Assembly (NCBI GenBank): GCA_026396115.1
Contig: JAPLXL010000005.1
Span: 2,967 to 66,966 of the forward strand
Length of the DNA stretch: 64,000 nt
Direction: 5' to 3'
Origin: Candidatus Nealsonbacteria bacterium
Lineage (GTDB): Bacteria; Patescibacteriota; Minisyncoccia; Minisyncoccales; RBG-13-42-11
A program made the translations under genes and the position numbers. Positions 1 to 9,596 of this stretch are shown one piece after another; the first letter of the stretch is position 1; each line of letters begins with the position of its first letter. Under the pieces are notes generated by a model, which was not told the origin of the DNA, ran no database searches, and was given only the letters and a program-made list of their open reading frames with translations.

Positions 1-1
1 T

Positions 2-343
2 TTCAGACAGCGTTTCCTCAACATGCTCTTCGGGCATCTGATGAGGGACCTCAAAAGGAAGGTCAAAGTAAACGGCGAGATAGTTGTAGGATTTACCGGC
101 AAGGTTGGCAGTCAGCATAAGAAGACATTCGGTTTAGCTGATAGTAATTACGTGCTGATAGGGATCTGCCAGAGACCTTATAGTCACGTAATTATTCATG
201 AAGTTGGACATGTCTTCGGTGCTGACGACCGACCCGACTCATCTGTGATGAGTAGCCAAGGATTTTCCTACACCTATGATTTCTCGCTTCAAGACAGAGA
301 AATCATCACTCGCTCACTTCTTCGATCCCCAAAGGAGAGTTAG
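2..343 (+). CDS. Zinc metallopeptidase (metzincin-like), 5'-partial
   Basis: HEVGHVFGADD zinc motif plus SVM Met-turn; frame open from window start. Confidence 0.6.
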   Translation, partial: FRQRFLNMLFGHLMRDLKRKVKVNGEIVVGFTGKVGSQHKKTFGLADSNYVLIGICQRPYSHVIIHEVGHVFGADDRPDSSVMSSQGFSYTYDFSLQDREIITRSLLRSPKES

Positions 344-588
344 GAGAAATCTTTCCAGATGTTGAAAACCATCTTAAATGTTTTCACTTCTGAAATCGAA
401 AGATTTCCTTCTTCCTCTCCTTTTTCTTTTTTACATTTGCTTCCGCTAAAAATTTTTGTTATTCTATTATTATGTTAAAATTTGAAATCATGGCGGCAGT
501 TATCCTTGCTTTTTTTATTCTGTTTTATGCTTTTAATAATCTTTTGCCGGAGATTTTGCCGGCTTCTTTATTGGAGCAAATTCGTTAA

Positions 589-909
589 ATGTTTTTCAGA
601 AAAAAAATAGAGCAAAAAAAGGGCGAAGAAAACGTGAGGGTCCATATTTTTGTTTCCGGAAGAGTCCAGGGCATTTTTTTTAGGGAAAATACCAAAAAGA
701 AAGCTGAAAAATTGGCTATTTCCGGCTGGGTTAAAAACCTTAGAGATGGCCGTCTGGAAGCGATTTTTGAAGGAGACAGAGAGAATATTGAGAAGATGGT
801 CAATTGGGCTAAAAAAGGCCCAATTTGGGCTAAAATAGACGATTTTAGCCTGGTCCGGGAGGATTATCAGGGAGAATTCAAGGAGTTTTCAATTGAATAT
901 GATATTTAA
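589..909 (+). CDS. acyP: Acylphosphatase
   Basis: VSGRVQGIFFR and GWVKNLRDG motifs. Confidence 0.9.
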   Translation: MFFRKKIEQKKGEENVRVHIFVSGRVQGIFFRENTKKKAEKLAISGWVKNLRDGRLEAIFEGDRENIEKMVNWAKKGPIWAKIDDFSLVREDYQGEFKEFSIEYDI

Positions 910-920
910 TAAAAAAAGTA

Positions 921-953
921 GGCGAAGAGAACTGCGTTCTCTTCTTTACCTTC
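921..953. repeat. Palindromic repeat family A, partial copy
   Basis: GGCGAAGAGAACTGCGTTCTCTTCTTTACCTTC. Confidence 0.75.
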
Positions 954-975
954 ATTTTTACTTCATAAAAATTCG

Positions 976-2115
976 GTGATTGATTTTAAAATTCTTAAAA
1001 AATCAAAAAAGAGCAAAGCGAGATTGGGATTGTTAAAAACAGGGAAAGGACTGGTTGAGACGCCTTGTTTTGTAGCCGTAGCCACCCAGGCAGTTGTAAA
1101 AACTTTGGATAGCCAAGAAGTTAAAGAAACCAAAAGCCAGATTTTAATTGTCAATACCTTTCACTTGCATTTGAAACCGGGGGAAGATGTGATTAAGAAA
1201 GCCGGTGGTCTTCATCAATTTATGAATTGGCAAAGACCTCTAATGACGGATTCTGGCGGTTTTCAGGTTTTTAGCTTGGGATTTGGCAAGGATTTTGGAA
1301 TGGGAAAAATTTTGAAAAAGAGAGTTGCTAATCAAAAGATTGAATATAGTCAGCAGCCAAAACTTTTAAAAATCACCCAAGATGGAGTTTATTTTCGTTC
1401 TTTTTTGGACGGCAAAAAAGTATTTTTGGGCCCCAAAGAATCAATTAAGATTCAGGAAAAATTAGGGGCAGATATTATTTTTGCTTTTGACGAATGCACT
1501 TCACCCATAGCCGATTACAAATACACTAAAAAATCTTTGGAAAGAACTCATCGATGGGCAAGAATTTGTTTAAAAGAGAAAAAGTCCAGTCAAGCTCTTT
1601 TTGGCATTGTCCAGGGCGGCAGATATAAGGACTTGAGAGTTGAAAGCGCCGGATTTTTGGGAGATTTGCCTTTTGACGGTTTTGGAATCGGCGGTGAATT
1701 CGGAGACAATAAAGAGAAAATGCTGGAAATGTTAAATTGGGTAATTAAAGAATTGCCGGAACAAAAACCCAGGCATCTTTTGGGAATCGGCTATTTGGAA
1801 GATATTCCCAGAATTATTGAAAGGGGAGCGGATTTATTTGACTGCAGCGTTCCCACTCATTATGCCAGGCGGGGGATTGCTTTTACATCTATGGGTAAAT
1901 TAGATTTAGGAAAAATTGAATTTTTGAAAGATAAATCTCCGCTTGATAAAAAATGTTCTTGTTTTGTCTGTCAAAATTATACCAGAAATTATATTTCCCA
2001 TCTTTTCCGGGCAAAAGAAATCACCGCTCTTAAATTATTAACCTTTCACAATCTTTATTTTTTTAACAGTTTTGTTGAAAAGATAAGAAAGAAAATAAAA
2101 GAGGGAAAAATATGA
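976..2115 (+). CDS. tgt: tRNA-guanine transglycosylase
   Basis: TDSGGFQVFS, GIVQGG, PRHLLGIG, CxCxxC zinc site, HNLYF. Confidence 0.95.
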   Translation: MIDFKILKKSKKSKARLGLLKTGKGLVETPCFVAVATQAVVKTLDSQEVKETKSQILIVNTFHLHLKPGEDVIKKAGGLHQFMNWQRPLMTDSGGFQVFSLGFGKDFGMGKILKKRVANQKIEYSQQPKLLKITQDGVYFRSFLDGKKVFLGPKESIKIQEKLGADIIFAFDECTSPIADYKYTKKSLERTHRWARICLKEKKSSQALFGIVQGGRYKDLRVESAGFLGDLPFDGFGIGGEFGDNKEKMLEMLNWVIKELPEQKPRHLLGIGYLEDIPRIIERGADLFDCSVPTHYARRGIAFTSMGKLDLGKIEFLKDKSPLDKKCSCFVCQNYTRNYISHLFRAKEITALKLLTFHNLYFFNSFVEKIRKKIKEGKI

Positions 2116-2584
2116 AAAAACAATTAATATTTTTTAGAAACCGAGCTTCCGAAGGAAGCGAAGGTGAAGAAGAGAATGGAATTCTCTTCGCCAAATATAT
2201 TTTTTCTCTTTGGAAATTTATTTTAGCGGCTGTTTTGGTTTTTGTTTTTGCCGCTTTTAACGGTTATTTTTTTGCTCAAAACTCGCCTTTGGAAACGAAG
2301 CTGGTTTTGGAAAATCTTCAGGAAGTGCTTGGGCCCATAGTAGAGATGACGCCTTTTGGCCAGTTTTTATTTGTTGTTTTAAACTTCTGGCTTGCGCTAT
2401 TGGTTTAAAACTTGGAAAAACTCTACTTGATAGAGTTTTCAAAAACCGAGCCCCGCAAAAGCTTGGCGAAGCAGATATTAAAACAGAATTAAATACTGCT
2501 TTAGTTTTTTTTATAAAAGTTTTATTTCCTCTTTTGCTTTTGGCAGCTGCCGTTGAAATTTTCATCACCGGTCAGCTTTTGTAG
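2112..2584 (+). pseudogene. SpoIIM-family membrane protein, frameshifted/internally deleted
   Basis: First frame stops at 2408; C-terminus ...PLLLLAAAVEIFITGQLL* continues in another frame from ~2390. Confidence 0.6.
2140..2192. repeat. Family A copy, in frame in SpoIIM-like ORF (RASEGSEGEEENGILFA)
   Basis: ACCGAGCTTCCGAAGGAAGCGAAGGTGAAGAAGAGAATGGAATTCTCTTCGCC. Confidence 0.85.
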
Positions 2585-2593
2585 AAACAAAAC

Positions 2594-2621
2594 AAAAAAC
2601 CCGGCAAACGCCGGGTTTTTT
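2594..2621. terminator. Bidirectional intrinsic terminator
   Basis: AAAAAACCCGGC-AAAC-GCCGGGTTTTTT between convergent genes. Confidence 0.85.
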
Positions 2622-2632
2622 GTTTTTTAGGA

Positions 2633-2809
2633 TTATCTGTTGAAATCTCTTTTTGGTCTTCTTTTTGACCAGCACTCTTTGCAGTAAATAGGTCTGTCTT
2701 GAGCTGGTTCAAAAGGAAGTTCGGTGATTTCTACCCCGCAGTCTGAGCATTTCCAATTGCCTTTGACTGTTTCCCGGGGCCTAAATCCTCTATCTGAATC
2801 GAACGCCAT
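2633..2809 (-). CDS. CxxC-x17-CxxC zinc-ribbon protein
   Basis: CSDC...LPFEP...RPIYCKEC; longer track ORF only adds repeat-derived sequence. Confidence 0.85.
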   Translation of the reverse strand: MAFDSDRGFRPRETVKGNWKCSDCGVEITELPFEPAQDRPIYCKECWSKRRPKRDFNR

Positions 2810-2819
2810 GTTATTTATT

Positions 2820-2875
2820 GGCGAAGAGAACTTTGTTCTCTTCTTTACCTTCGCTTCCATAAATGGAAGCTCGGT
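2820..2875. repeat. Family A copy
   Basis: GGCGAAGAGAACTTTGTTCTCTTC...GCTTCCATAAATGGAAGCTCGGT. Confidence 0.85.
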
Positions 2876-3071
2876 TTTTGATGAATGAAAAGCGACCTTG
2901 AAACTCTAAGTCGCTACACTTAACTACTGCTAAGCTACTTCGACTTATTGTCTACTGCTGATTATATAGCATCCATAAACAATGTCAAGTCTTAGCTTGA
3001 CCATAATCTTCGACCATGGGAGTAGACAAGAGATCTCAAAAATGGCAAAATTAAACTAAGCTTTAAAAAAA

Positions 3072-3410
3072 ATGCCAAAAAAAGTAAAATCTTTTGATGA
3101 AGAATCATATAAAAAGATTAGAATTATTGACCTGATTCTTTTTGGTATCAATTCAATAATAGAAAACAAAGAAAAATGTACGTTTGAAAAATTGATTAAA
3201 GAATGCTTTATTTTATTTCCCAAGGCCTTTAGTTTTTCTCAAAGTCCTGAATGGCCGGACTCTCGAAAACTCGATCGGACGCTTCGAACCCTAAGAAAAA
3301 GAAAATTAATCACTGGCAACCCTCAAACATTTTTTTCTCTTACCAAGGATGGAAAACAAATAGCCGAAGAGACGGCAAAAGCTTTCCGACAGAGAAAATT
3401 ATTTAAATAA
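3072..3410 (+). CDS. Hypothetical protein, possible winged helix
   Basis: 112-aa ORF ending in LTKDG wing-like motif. Confidence 0.6.
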   Translation: MPKKVKSFDEESYKKIRIIDLILFGINSIIENKEKCTFEKLIKECFILFPKAFSFSQSPEWPDSRKLDRTLRTLRKRKLITGNPQTFFSLTKDGKQIAEETAKAFRQRKLFK

Positions 3411-3422
3411 ATCCTGCACCGA

Positions 3423-3612
3423 GGGCGAAGAAGATAAATCTTCTTCTTTACCCTTCGCTGCAGCTCGGGTGGGCGAAGAAGATAAATCTTCTTCTTTATC
3501 CTTCGCTGTAGCTCGGGTGGGCGAAGAAGATAAATCTTCTTCTTTACCCTTCGCTGTAGCTCGGGTGGGCGAAGAAAATAGATTTTCTTCTTCCCCCTCG
3601 CTCCGCTCGGGA
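3423..3612. repeat. Tandem array of four family A units (48-bp period)
   Basis: Units start at 3423, 3471, 3519, 3567; no spacers. Confidence 0.95.
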
Positions 3613-3693
3613 GGGAGAAATTTAATTTTAGGGTTGACAAGATTAAAATTTTAATATATAATAAGACATCAATTCCAAAAAGGAGGAATAAAT

Positions 3694-4185
3694 ATGTTCA
3701 TTAAAAAAGCCTTGATTGTTGCGATTTTTTTGTTTTTTATCTTTAATTGTCTCGGGACTGATGCCTGCGCAGAAAATAAAGCAGAAAATAAAATACTGAT
3801 TCTTTTGTATTATCTCAACACCAAAATGGTCTTGCAAGAGTTTCCGTTTGAGCCGGAAAAAGCGGTATTTCCCGTTTACAGGGAAATACCAAAAAGCGCA
3901 ACCTTGATAAGGGACACGATAGAATTTCTTATAAGTGAAGAACTGACGAAACAGGAAGAGGAACTCGGATTTATTACAGAGTTTCCTCACCCGGGATTTA
4001 AGTTGATTGGTTTAGATTTAAAAAAAGATGGTACGTTAGTCTTGGAATTTACGGAAATATTTGGTTTTACCACTGGAGGCGCGTCGAGAATACTGGTGAT
4101 ACGAGAGCAAATTGAAAAAACCGCTCTCCAATTCGCAGCCGTGAAAAGAATTGAATTCTATCCGGAAAGTCTCTTCCAACCTTAG
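3694..4185 (+). CDS. Secreted GerMN-domain protein
   Basis: Signal peptide; GGASR...QIEKTALQF motif; AAGGAGG SD. Confidence 0.75.
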   Translation: MFIKKALIVAIFLFFIFNCLGTDACAENKAENKILILLYYLNTKMVLQEFPFEPEKAVFPVYREIPKSATLIRDTIEFLISEELTKQEEELGFITEFPHPGFKLIGLDLKKDGTLVLEFTEIFGFTTGGASRILVIREQIEKTALQFAAVKRIEFYPESLFQP

Positions 4186-4198
4186 AATCTTAATCATT

Positions 4199-4240
4199 AA
4201 GCCGAGAATTAATTCGAGAATTATTCTCGGCTTTTTCTTT
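4199..4240 (+). terminator. Intrinsic terminator
   Basis: AAGCCGAGAAT...ATTCTCGGCTTTTT. Confidence 0.7.
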
Positions 4241-4329
4241 GCCAAAAACCTTATGTCGCCTGCTCCTGGCTCTGTGATTTTTGCCACTTGACTTAATTTT
4301 ACTTTGCTTTACAATTTTTATTAAGGCAT

Positions 4330-6345
4330 ATGGCTAATTTTTTGAAAAAGAAAATTGAGGGAAGAATAGCTTTAGCTATTTTAATTGGAGTTTTTCTAAT
4401 CGCCGTTTTGGCTATTTGGGTTTCTTATAAAAATTTAGAATTTGAATTTGGAGTTTCTTTACCCCCTATTTCTTTTCCTCAAGTCCCTTTTATTTCCTCC
4501 CCAAAACTCGAAGGAATTAAAAAATTTTCTGATGAAGAAGAGTTTAAGAGTTATTTAGAAGAGACAGAAGCAGCAGCCGAATATTTGGGTTTGGGGGGAT
4601 TGGCCTTAGAGAGAGTAATGGGGCCTACTTCCTTAATTGAAGCTCCTTTTATGGCCGAAAAAGCTGCTTTGCCAGAAAGAGTTTCTGAAACCACGGTTCA
4701 AGTGCCTGGTATTGATGAGCCAGATATTGTCAAAACCGATGGTAAGGAAATTTATTTTTCTCCCGGAAGGATTTGGCCAATTTGGCGAGAACCAATGATA
4801 ATGGAGGAAAAAATAATTTCGCCCTACGAAGAAGCCAAAACTGAACTCATCAAAGCGTATCCCTCGGCTGATTTGGCTTTGGATGGCGAGATTGAGCGGT
4901 CGGGCGATTTGCTCTTAGTGAAAGATATTTTAGTGATTTTCTCCGGTCAAGATATCGAGGGCTACGATGTTTCCAATCCTAAAACACCTGAAAAGAAATG
5001 GGAGATAAAATTGGAAGAGAAAAATTCAATTGTTACCTCACGGCTTTACAAAGATAAAATCTATTTGATAACTAAAAATTTAATTGATGAGATTCATCCT
5101 TGTCCAATTAAGCCTTTACTTATTGAAGGAAAACCCTTAACAATTGAATGTCGAGAAATTTATCATCCTGTTTTACCTGTTCCGCTAGATGTTACTTTTT
5201 TAGCCATGGTTTTAGACCCTGTTTCAGGAGAAATTGAAAACAAAGTTTCTTTTGTTGGTTCCTCCGGCCAATCGGTAGTTTATATGTCCGAGAAAGCAAT
5301 TTATATTACTTATTCTTATTATGAGAGTATTGTTAAGTTTTTTTCCAAATTTTTAAAAGAAAAATGCCGAGATTTAATTCCCAATTTGGTTTTAGAAAAG
5401 CTTGAAAAATTAGAAGGTTATGATCTCAGTCAGCAAGCCAAACTCTTGGAATTGCAAACCATTTTAGAAAAATATCAAAGCTCTTTAACCGAAGATGAAA
5501 GATTAAGAGTTGAAAACGAGTTGACCGATCGAATGTCAGATTATTACAAGGAAGAAAAAAGAGAATTAGAAAAGACAGGGATTTTAAAAATTGGATTGGA
5601 AAAATTCGAAATAACAGCCACGGGCAATGTTCCGGGTTCTCCCTTAAATCAGTTTGCTTTAGATGAATATCAAGAAAATCTGAGAATTGCGATAACTATT
5701 GGTGAAAGGTTTGGATGGTTTGGTTTTGGAATGGGTGGGGGAGAATCAGCCAATGATGTTTATGTCTTGGATAAAAATTTGGAAGTCCTTGGTTCAATAA
5801 AAGATTTAGGTCTGAAAGAGAGAATTTATTCAGCCAGATTCATTGAAGACAAGGGCTATTTGGTTACTTTCCGCCAGATTGATCCTTTTTATGTTTTAGA
5901 TTTATCCGATCCTCAAAAGCCGGAATTAAAAGGCGAGTTGAAAATTCCAGGGTACTCTTCTTATTTGCATCCCATCACAAAAGACAAAATTTTGGGTATT
6001 GGACAAGAAGATTGGAAGGTGAAAATTTCTCTTTTTGATGTGGCTCTGGCGGAAAATCCCAAAGAATTAGATAAATACATTTTAGATGAATCTTGGTCAG
6101 ACATTCTTTCCACTCACCATGCCTTTTTGCTGGATAAATACCATGAAATCTTTTTCTTACCCGGCAGTCGGGGCGGCTATGTTTTTTCTTATAAAAATGA
6201 TAAATTAGGATTGATAAAAGCAGTCAGCGGAATTTCAGCTAGAAGGGCAGTCTATATTGACGATTATTTATACATTATTGGCGATAACAAAATTACGGTT
6301 TTGAATGAAATTGACTGGCAAAAAGTTAAGGAACTCGAACTTTAG
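4330..6345 (+). CDS. Membrane-anchored beta-propeller domain protein
   Basis: N-terminal TM; QVPGIDEPDIVKTDG, ERIYSARF, VTFRQIDPFYVLDLS, GELKIPGYSSYLHP. Confidence 0.85.
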   Translation: MANFLKKKIEGRIALAILIGVFLIAVLAIWVSYKNLEFEFGVSLPPISFPQVPFISSPKLEGIKKFSDEEEFKSYLEETEAAAEYLGLGGLALERVMGPTSLIEAPFMAEKAALPERVSETTVQVPGIDEPDIVKTDGKEIYFSPGRIWPIWREPMIMEEKIISPYEEAKTELIKAYPSADLALDGEIERSGDLLLVKDILVIFSGQDIEGYDVSNPKTPEKKWEIKLEEKNSIVTSRLYKDKIYLITKNLIDEIHPCPIKPLLIEGKPLTIECREIYHPVLPVPLDVTFLAMVLDPVSGEIENKVSFVGSSGQSVVYMSEKAIYITYSYYESIVKFFSKFLKEKCRDLIPNLVLEKLEKLEGYDLSQQAKLLELQTILEKYQSSLTEDERLRVENELTDRMSDYYKEEKRELEKTGILKIGLEKFEITATGNVPGSPLNQFALDEYQENLRIAITIGERFGWFGFGMGGGESANDVYVLDKNLEVLGSIKDLGLKERIYSARFIEDKGYLVTFRQIDPFYVLDLSDPQKPELKGELKIPGYSSYLHPITKDKILGIGQEDWKVKISLFDVALAENPKELDKYILDESWSDILSTHHAFLLDKYHEIFFLPGSRGGYVFSYKNDKLGLIKAVSGISARRAVYIDDYLYIIGDNKITVLNEIDWQKVKELEL

Positions 6346-6456
6346 TGGTGCCTAAGCAATTTTAGCAAAGTAGAGGAACAGCTCTCTGAAGCTGTTTTTT
6401 TGTCTGAGTTTAGCCGGAGGGCTTGACAAAAAAATAATGTTTGATAAGATTAAAGT

Positions 6457-6727
6457 GTCCTTTTAAAATAAAGAACATCGTGCTGGGCGGGAGCCACCAA
6501 GGTTTGAATAATAATCTCATTGTCCCCAACTAATTATTAGGTGAGCGAAGCGAAGCGAATTTCTTACGATGAGAATATTATTTCAACTCTTAACCTTTGT
6601 GAGCGCAAAGCTTACACAGTACTTCAAGAGAGAAGAATGCACAAACTTCCATTGTATTAAACTTCTATATAGCTTGTACAAATTGACATTCTTCTCTCTT
6701 TTTCTTTTGGCGGAGACGGTTTTTTGG
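6457..6727 (+). ncRNA. Candidate structured non-coding RNA or leader
   Basis: TTGACA/TAAGAT promoter at 6423-6450; long stems 6504-6523/6566-6586 and 6626-6639/6687-6700; no convincing ORF. Confidence 0.35.
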
Positions 6728-6754
6728 TAGAATAAAAAGGGCAGAATAATAATA

Positions 6755-6847
6755 GGCGAAGAGAACTTTGTTCTCTTCTTCACCTACCCGAGTCGCAACG
6801 ACGGGTGAAAAAGAGATTTATCTCTTTGATTCCTTCGAAAGCTCGGT
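6755..6847. repeat. Composite (nested) family A element
   Basis: Reverse-complement architecture of 12071-12173 and 21922-22023. Confidence 0.85.
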
Positions 6848-6882
6848 ATATGAAAAAAATTAATATTATGGAATGTAAAAAT

Positions 6883-7335
6883 ATGGTAAAATATTTAACC
6901 AAGGAGGGCTTGGAGAAATTCAAAAAAGAGCTTGATTATTTGGAAAAAGTCAAAAGAAAAGAAATTTCAGAAAGAATAAGGCATACTGTTTCCCAGGGCG
7001 ATTTGAAAGAAAATGCGGGTTACGATGCCGCCAAGGAAGAACAGGGTTTTATTGAAGGAAGAATAAAAGAATTAAAAGAAATTCTTTCCCAGGCCAAAAT
7101 TATTGAAAAGAGAGAAGGCAATAAGGTTCAAATAGGTTCTTTTGTTTGTTTGGAATCAGACGAAGGAGAAAAAAGTTTTCAAGTTGTCGGACCGGAAGAA
7201 TCAGATATTTTACAGGGGAAAATATCATTTAAATCTCCTTTGGGCAGCGCGATTTTAAACAAGAAGAAAGGAGATATTGTGGAGATTGATACTCCGGAGG
7301 GCAGAAAAGAATATGAAATTATTGAGATTAAATAG
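6883..7335 (+). CDS. greA: Transcription elongation factor GreA
   Basis: YLTKEG, GDLKENAGYDAAKEEQ, ISFKSPLG. Confidence 0.95.
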   Translation: MVKYLTKEGLEKFKKELDYLEKVKRKEISERIRHTVSQGDLKENAGYDAAKEEQGFIEGRIKELKEILSQAKIIEKREGNKVQIGSFVCLESDEGEKSFQVVGPEESDILQGKISFKSPLGSAILNKKKGDIVEIDTPEGRKEYEIIEIK

Positions 7336-7341
7336 TCGAAG

Positions 7342-7884
7342 ATGAAAAAATTAATTTTTATTGGAATATTAATAATTGCTTTGGTTGTTTTGTTTTTTGT
7401 CCTGAATTACAAAGGCGTTGAAGCGCCGGTAATCGCTATAAATTCTTTTGAAGAATGCGCTAAAGCAGGATATCCAATTTTGGAATCTTATCCCCGTCAG
7501 TGCAAAACGCCAGATGGGAAGACATTTGTTGAGGATATTGGCAATGAGCTTGAGAAAATAGATTTAATTAAACTTGAAAATCCGCGACCAAATCAGACAA
7601 TAGTCAACCCTTTATTTATAAAAGGAGAGGCGAGAGGATATTGGTTTTTTGAAGCCAGTTTTCCAATTCGGCTTTATGACGGCACAGGCAAGGAGATCGC
7701 TTTAACTATTGCTCAAGCTAAAAGCGACTGGATGACAGAAGACTTCGTTCCTTTTGAGGCGGTTTTAGAATTTACGGCTTCCGATACTAAAGAGGGAATT
7801 TTGGTTTTTAAAAAAGACAATCCTTCCGGTCTTCCAGAATTAGACGATGAGTTAAGAATCCCAATTAAATTCTTCGGTTTATAA
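7342..7884 (+). CDS. Gmad2 immunoglobulin-like domain protein
   Basis: SFEECAKAGYPILESYPRQC; GYWFFEASFP; KDNPSGLPE. Confidence 0.8.
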   Translation: MKKLIFIGILIIALVVLFFVLNYKGVEAPVIAINSFEECAKAGYPILESYPRQCKTPDGKTFVEDIGNELEKIDLIKLENPRPNQTIVNPLFIKGEARGYWFFEASFPIRLYDGTGKEIALTIAQAKSDWMTEDFVPFEAVLEFTASDTKEGILVFKKDNPSGLPELDDELRIPIKFFGL

Positions 7885-7980
7885 GGATTTGACTTTTTTT
7901 AAGATTTTTGATATAATTTAAGCAGTTAAAGGCATTGTGCCTTGTTTTCAGAAAAAATACGGAAAGGATGGTGCAGAGTA

Positions 7981-8271
7981 ATGACAGTCGAGATTGACGT
8001 GGAAAGAGTGGACGGCAAAGCAGTAAGATTGGTGGCCTGGATAGGCGACATTAAGAGTAAATGGATTCGCCGACCCGACACCGGAGAGCCTTATGAAGCA
8101 AGCCGGAGTAACGTTGGAGTACAGGTCTTAGACCAAGACACTCTGTGGATTTCTCCCGGGGACTATAGAGATCTTTACCGAACGGTTAATAAGGTTTTCA
8201 GTGAAGACCGTTCCAAGTCTCGTCCCCGCAAAAAGAAGCTCCAATCGGAACTTCAGGGGAAACTCTTCTAA
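7981..8271 (+). CDS. Hypothetical protein
   Basis: ORF with own promoter-like region and downstream hairpin. Confidence 0.55.
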   Translation: MTVEIDVERVDGKAVRLVAWIGDIKSKWIRRPDTGEPYEASRSNVGVQVLDQDTLWISPGDYRDLYRTVNKVFSEDRSKSRPRKKKLQSELQGKLF

Positions 8272-8347
8272 TAGCGCGATCTAAAACATTTCTAACAGTC
8301 ATGGGTCGCGCTTTTTGTTTTTTTTAAAAAAATGGTAAAATGATCTT

Positions 8348-8902
8348 ATGAACAGAGAAGAGGCTTTTAATATATTAAAAGAAAATCTTTCAAATCAGAA
8401 TTTAATTAAGCATAGTTTGGCCGTGGAGGCGATAATGAGGGTTTTGGCCCGGCACTTTGGCAAAGATCAAGAAAAGTGGGCCTTGGCAGGATTATTGCAT
8501 GATATTGATTACGACAAAGTAAAAAATGATTTGTCTCAGCATTCTTTAGCCGGGGCTCAAATGTTAGAAAAATTAGGATTAGATAAAGATATTTGTCAGG
8601 CAGTAAAGGTTCATAATGAAGCTCACGGCATAGCTCCCGAGACCATAATGGAAAAAGCTTTGTTCGTTACCGATCCCTTGACCGGTTTAATCGTGGCTGC
8701 TGCTTTGGTTTTGCCGTCAAAAAAATTAAATGATCTGACTCCGGAAAATGTTTTAAATCGTTTCAAGGAAAAAGCCTTTGCCAGAGGAGCTAATCGGGAG
8801 ATTATTAAGAAATGCGAAGATTTGCTTAACTTAAAATTAGAAGAATTTGTTAAAGTCGGTCTTGAGGCAATGCAAAAAAGTTCTCAAGAATTAGGCCTAT
8901 GA
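8348..8902 (+). CDS. HD-domain (HDIG) phosphohydrolase
   Basis: HSLAV, GLLHDIDY. Confidence 0.9.
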   Translation: MNREEAFNILKENLSNQNLIKHSLAVEAIMRVLARHFGKDQEKWALAGLLHDIDYDKVKNDLSQHSLAGAQMLEKLGLDKDICQAVKVHNEAHGIAPETIMEKALFVTDPLTGLIVAAALVLPSKKLNDLTPENVLNRFKEKAFARGANREIIKKCEDLLNLKLEEFVKVGLEAMQKSSQELGL

Positions 8903-9591
8903 ACAATAATAAACCAGTTCAATTATCTCCCAATTCTTTGAATTTATATCTGGAGTGCCCTTGTTGTTTCTGGCTGGAAAAGAAAATGAAAATCAGAAGG
9001 CCCCAGCCCTACCCTTACGCTTTGAATACCGCCGTTGACCTTCTTTTAAAGGAGGAATTTGACGACTACAGAAAAAAAGGCGAGCTACATCCTTTGCTTT
9101 TAGCCTACAATATTAAGGCCAAACTTTTCCCAAACCAAGAATTATTGAACCAGTGGAGAAGCAATTTCAGCGGAATCCGCTATTATGATAAAGAATTGGA
9201 CGCCACTCTTTTTGGCGCTGTTGACGATATTTTAGAGTTTGAAGACGGCAAATTAGCCCCTTTGGATTATAAATCTACGGGTAGCGCAACGGCCAATATC
9301 TACGACCGTTTTCAAATACAGATGGATGTTTATACTTATCTTTTGGAAAAAAACGGATTTCCAACAACCAAAAAGGGATATTTAGCTTTTTATATTGTTA
9401 ACAAGAAAAACGGTTTTGGAGACAGATTGCCTTTCAGAAAAGAAATTCAGGAAATAGAAACAGATCCTTCGGACATCCCTCAATTATTTAAAGAAGCGGT
9501 GGCGATTTTAAAAAGAGTCGTGCCGCCGCCGCACAACCAGGAATGTCAATACGGCCAATGGTTCAAAAAAGCCTCCAGTTTCAACAACTAA
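8899..9591 (+). CDS. PD-(D/E)XK nuclease family protein
   Basis: LSPNSL..YLECP, GAVDD, PLDYKST, QMDVY. Confidence 0.85.
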   Translation: MNNNKPVQLSPNSLNLYLECPCCFWLEKKMKIRRPQPYPYALNTAVDLLLKEEFDDYRKKGELHPLLLAYNIKAKLFPNQELLNQWRSNFSGIRYYDKELDATLFGAVDDILEFEDGKLAPLDYKSTGSATANIYDRFQIQMDVYTYLLEKNGFPTTKKGYLAFYIVNKKNGFGDRLPFRKEIQEIETDPSDIPQLFKEAVAILKRVVPPPHNQECQYGQWFKKASSFNN

Positions 9592-9596
9592 AATTT

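Noticed and set aside
3423..3612. CRISPR array
   Set aside because: Units abut without unique spacers, the same unit is dispersed in genes, and no cas operon is present
3323..3654. Repeat-protein ORFs on both strands (3323-3640, 3469-3654)
   Set aside because: Open frames are a by-product of the 48-bp tandem repeat
6805..6882. N-terminal extension of GreA (similarly 2810-2860, 9543-9596, 18267-18365)
   Set aside because: Derived from repeats or overlaps; conserved domains start at downstream ATGs
8899..9591. Cas4 of a CRISPR system
   Set aside because: Stand-alone PD-(D/E)XK nuclease in housekeeping context, incomplete Cys set, no array
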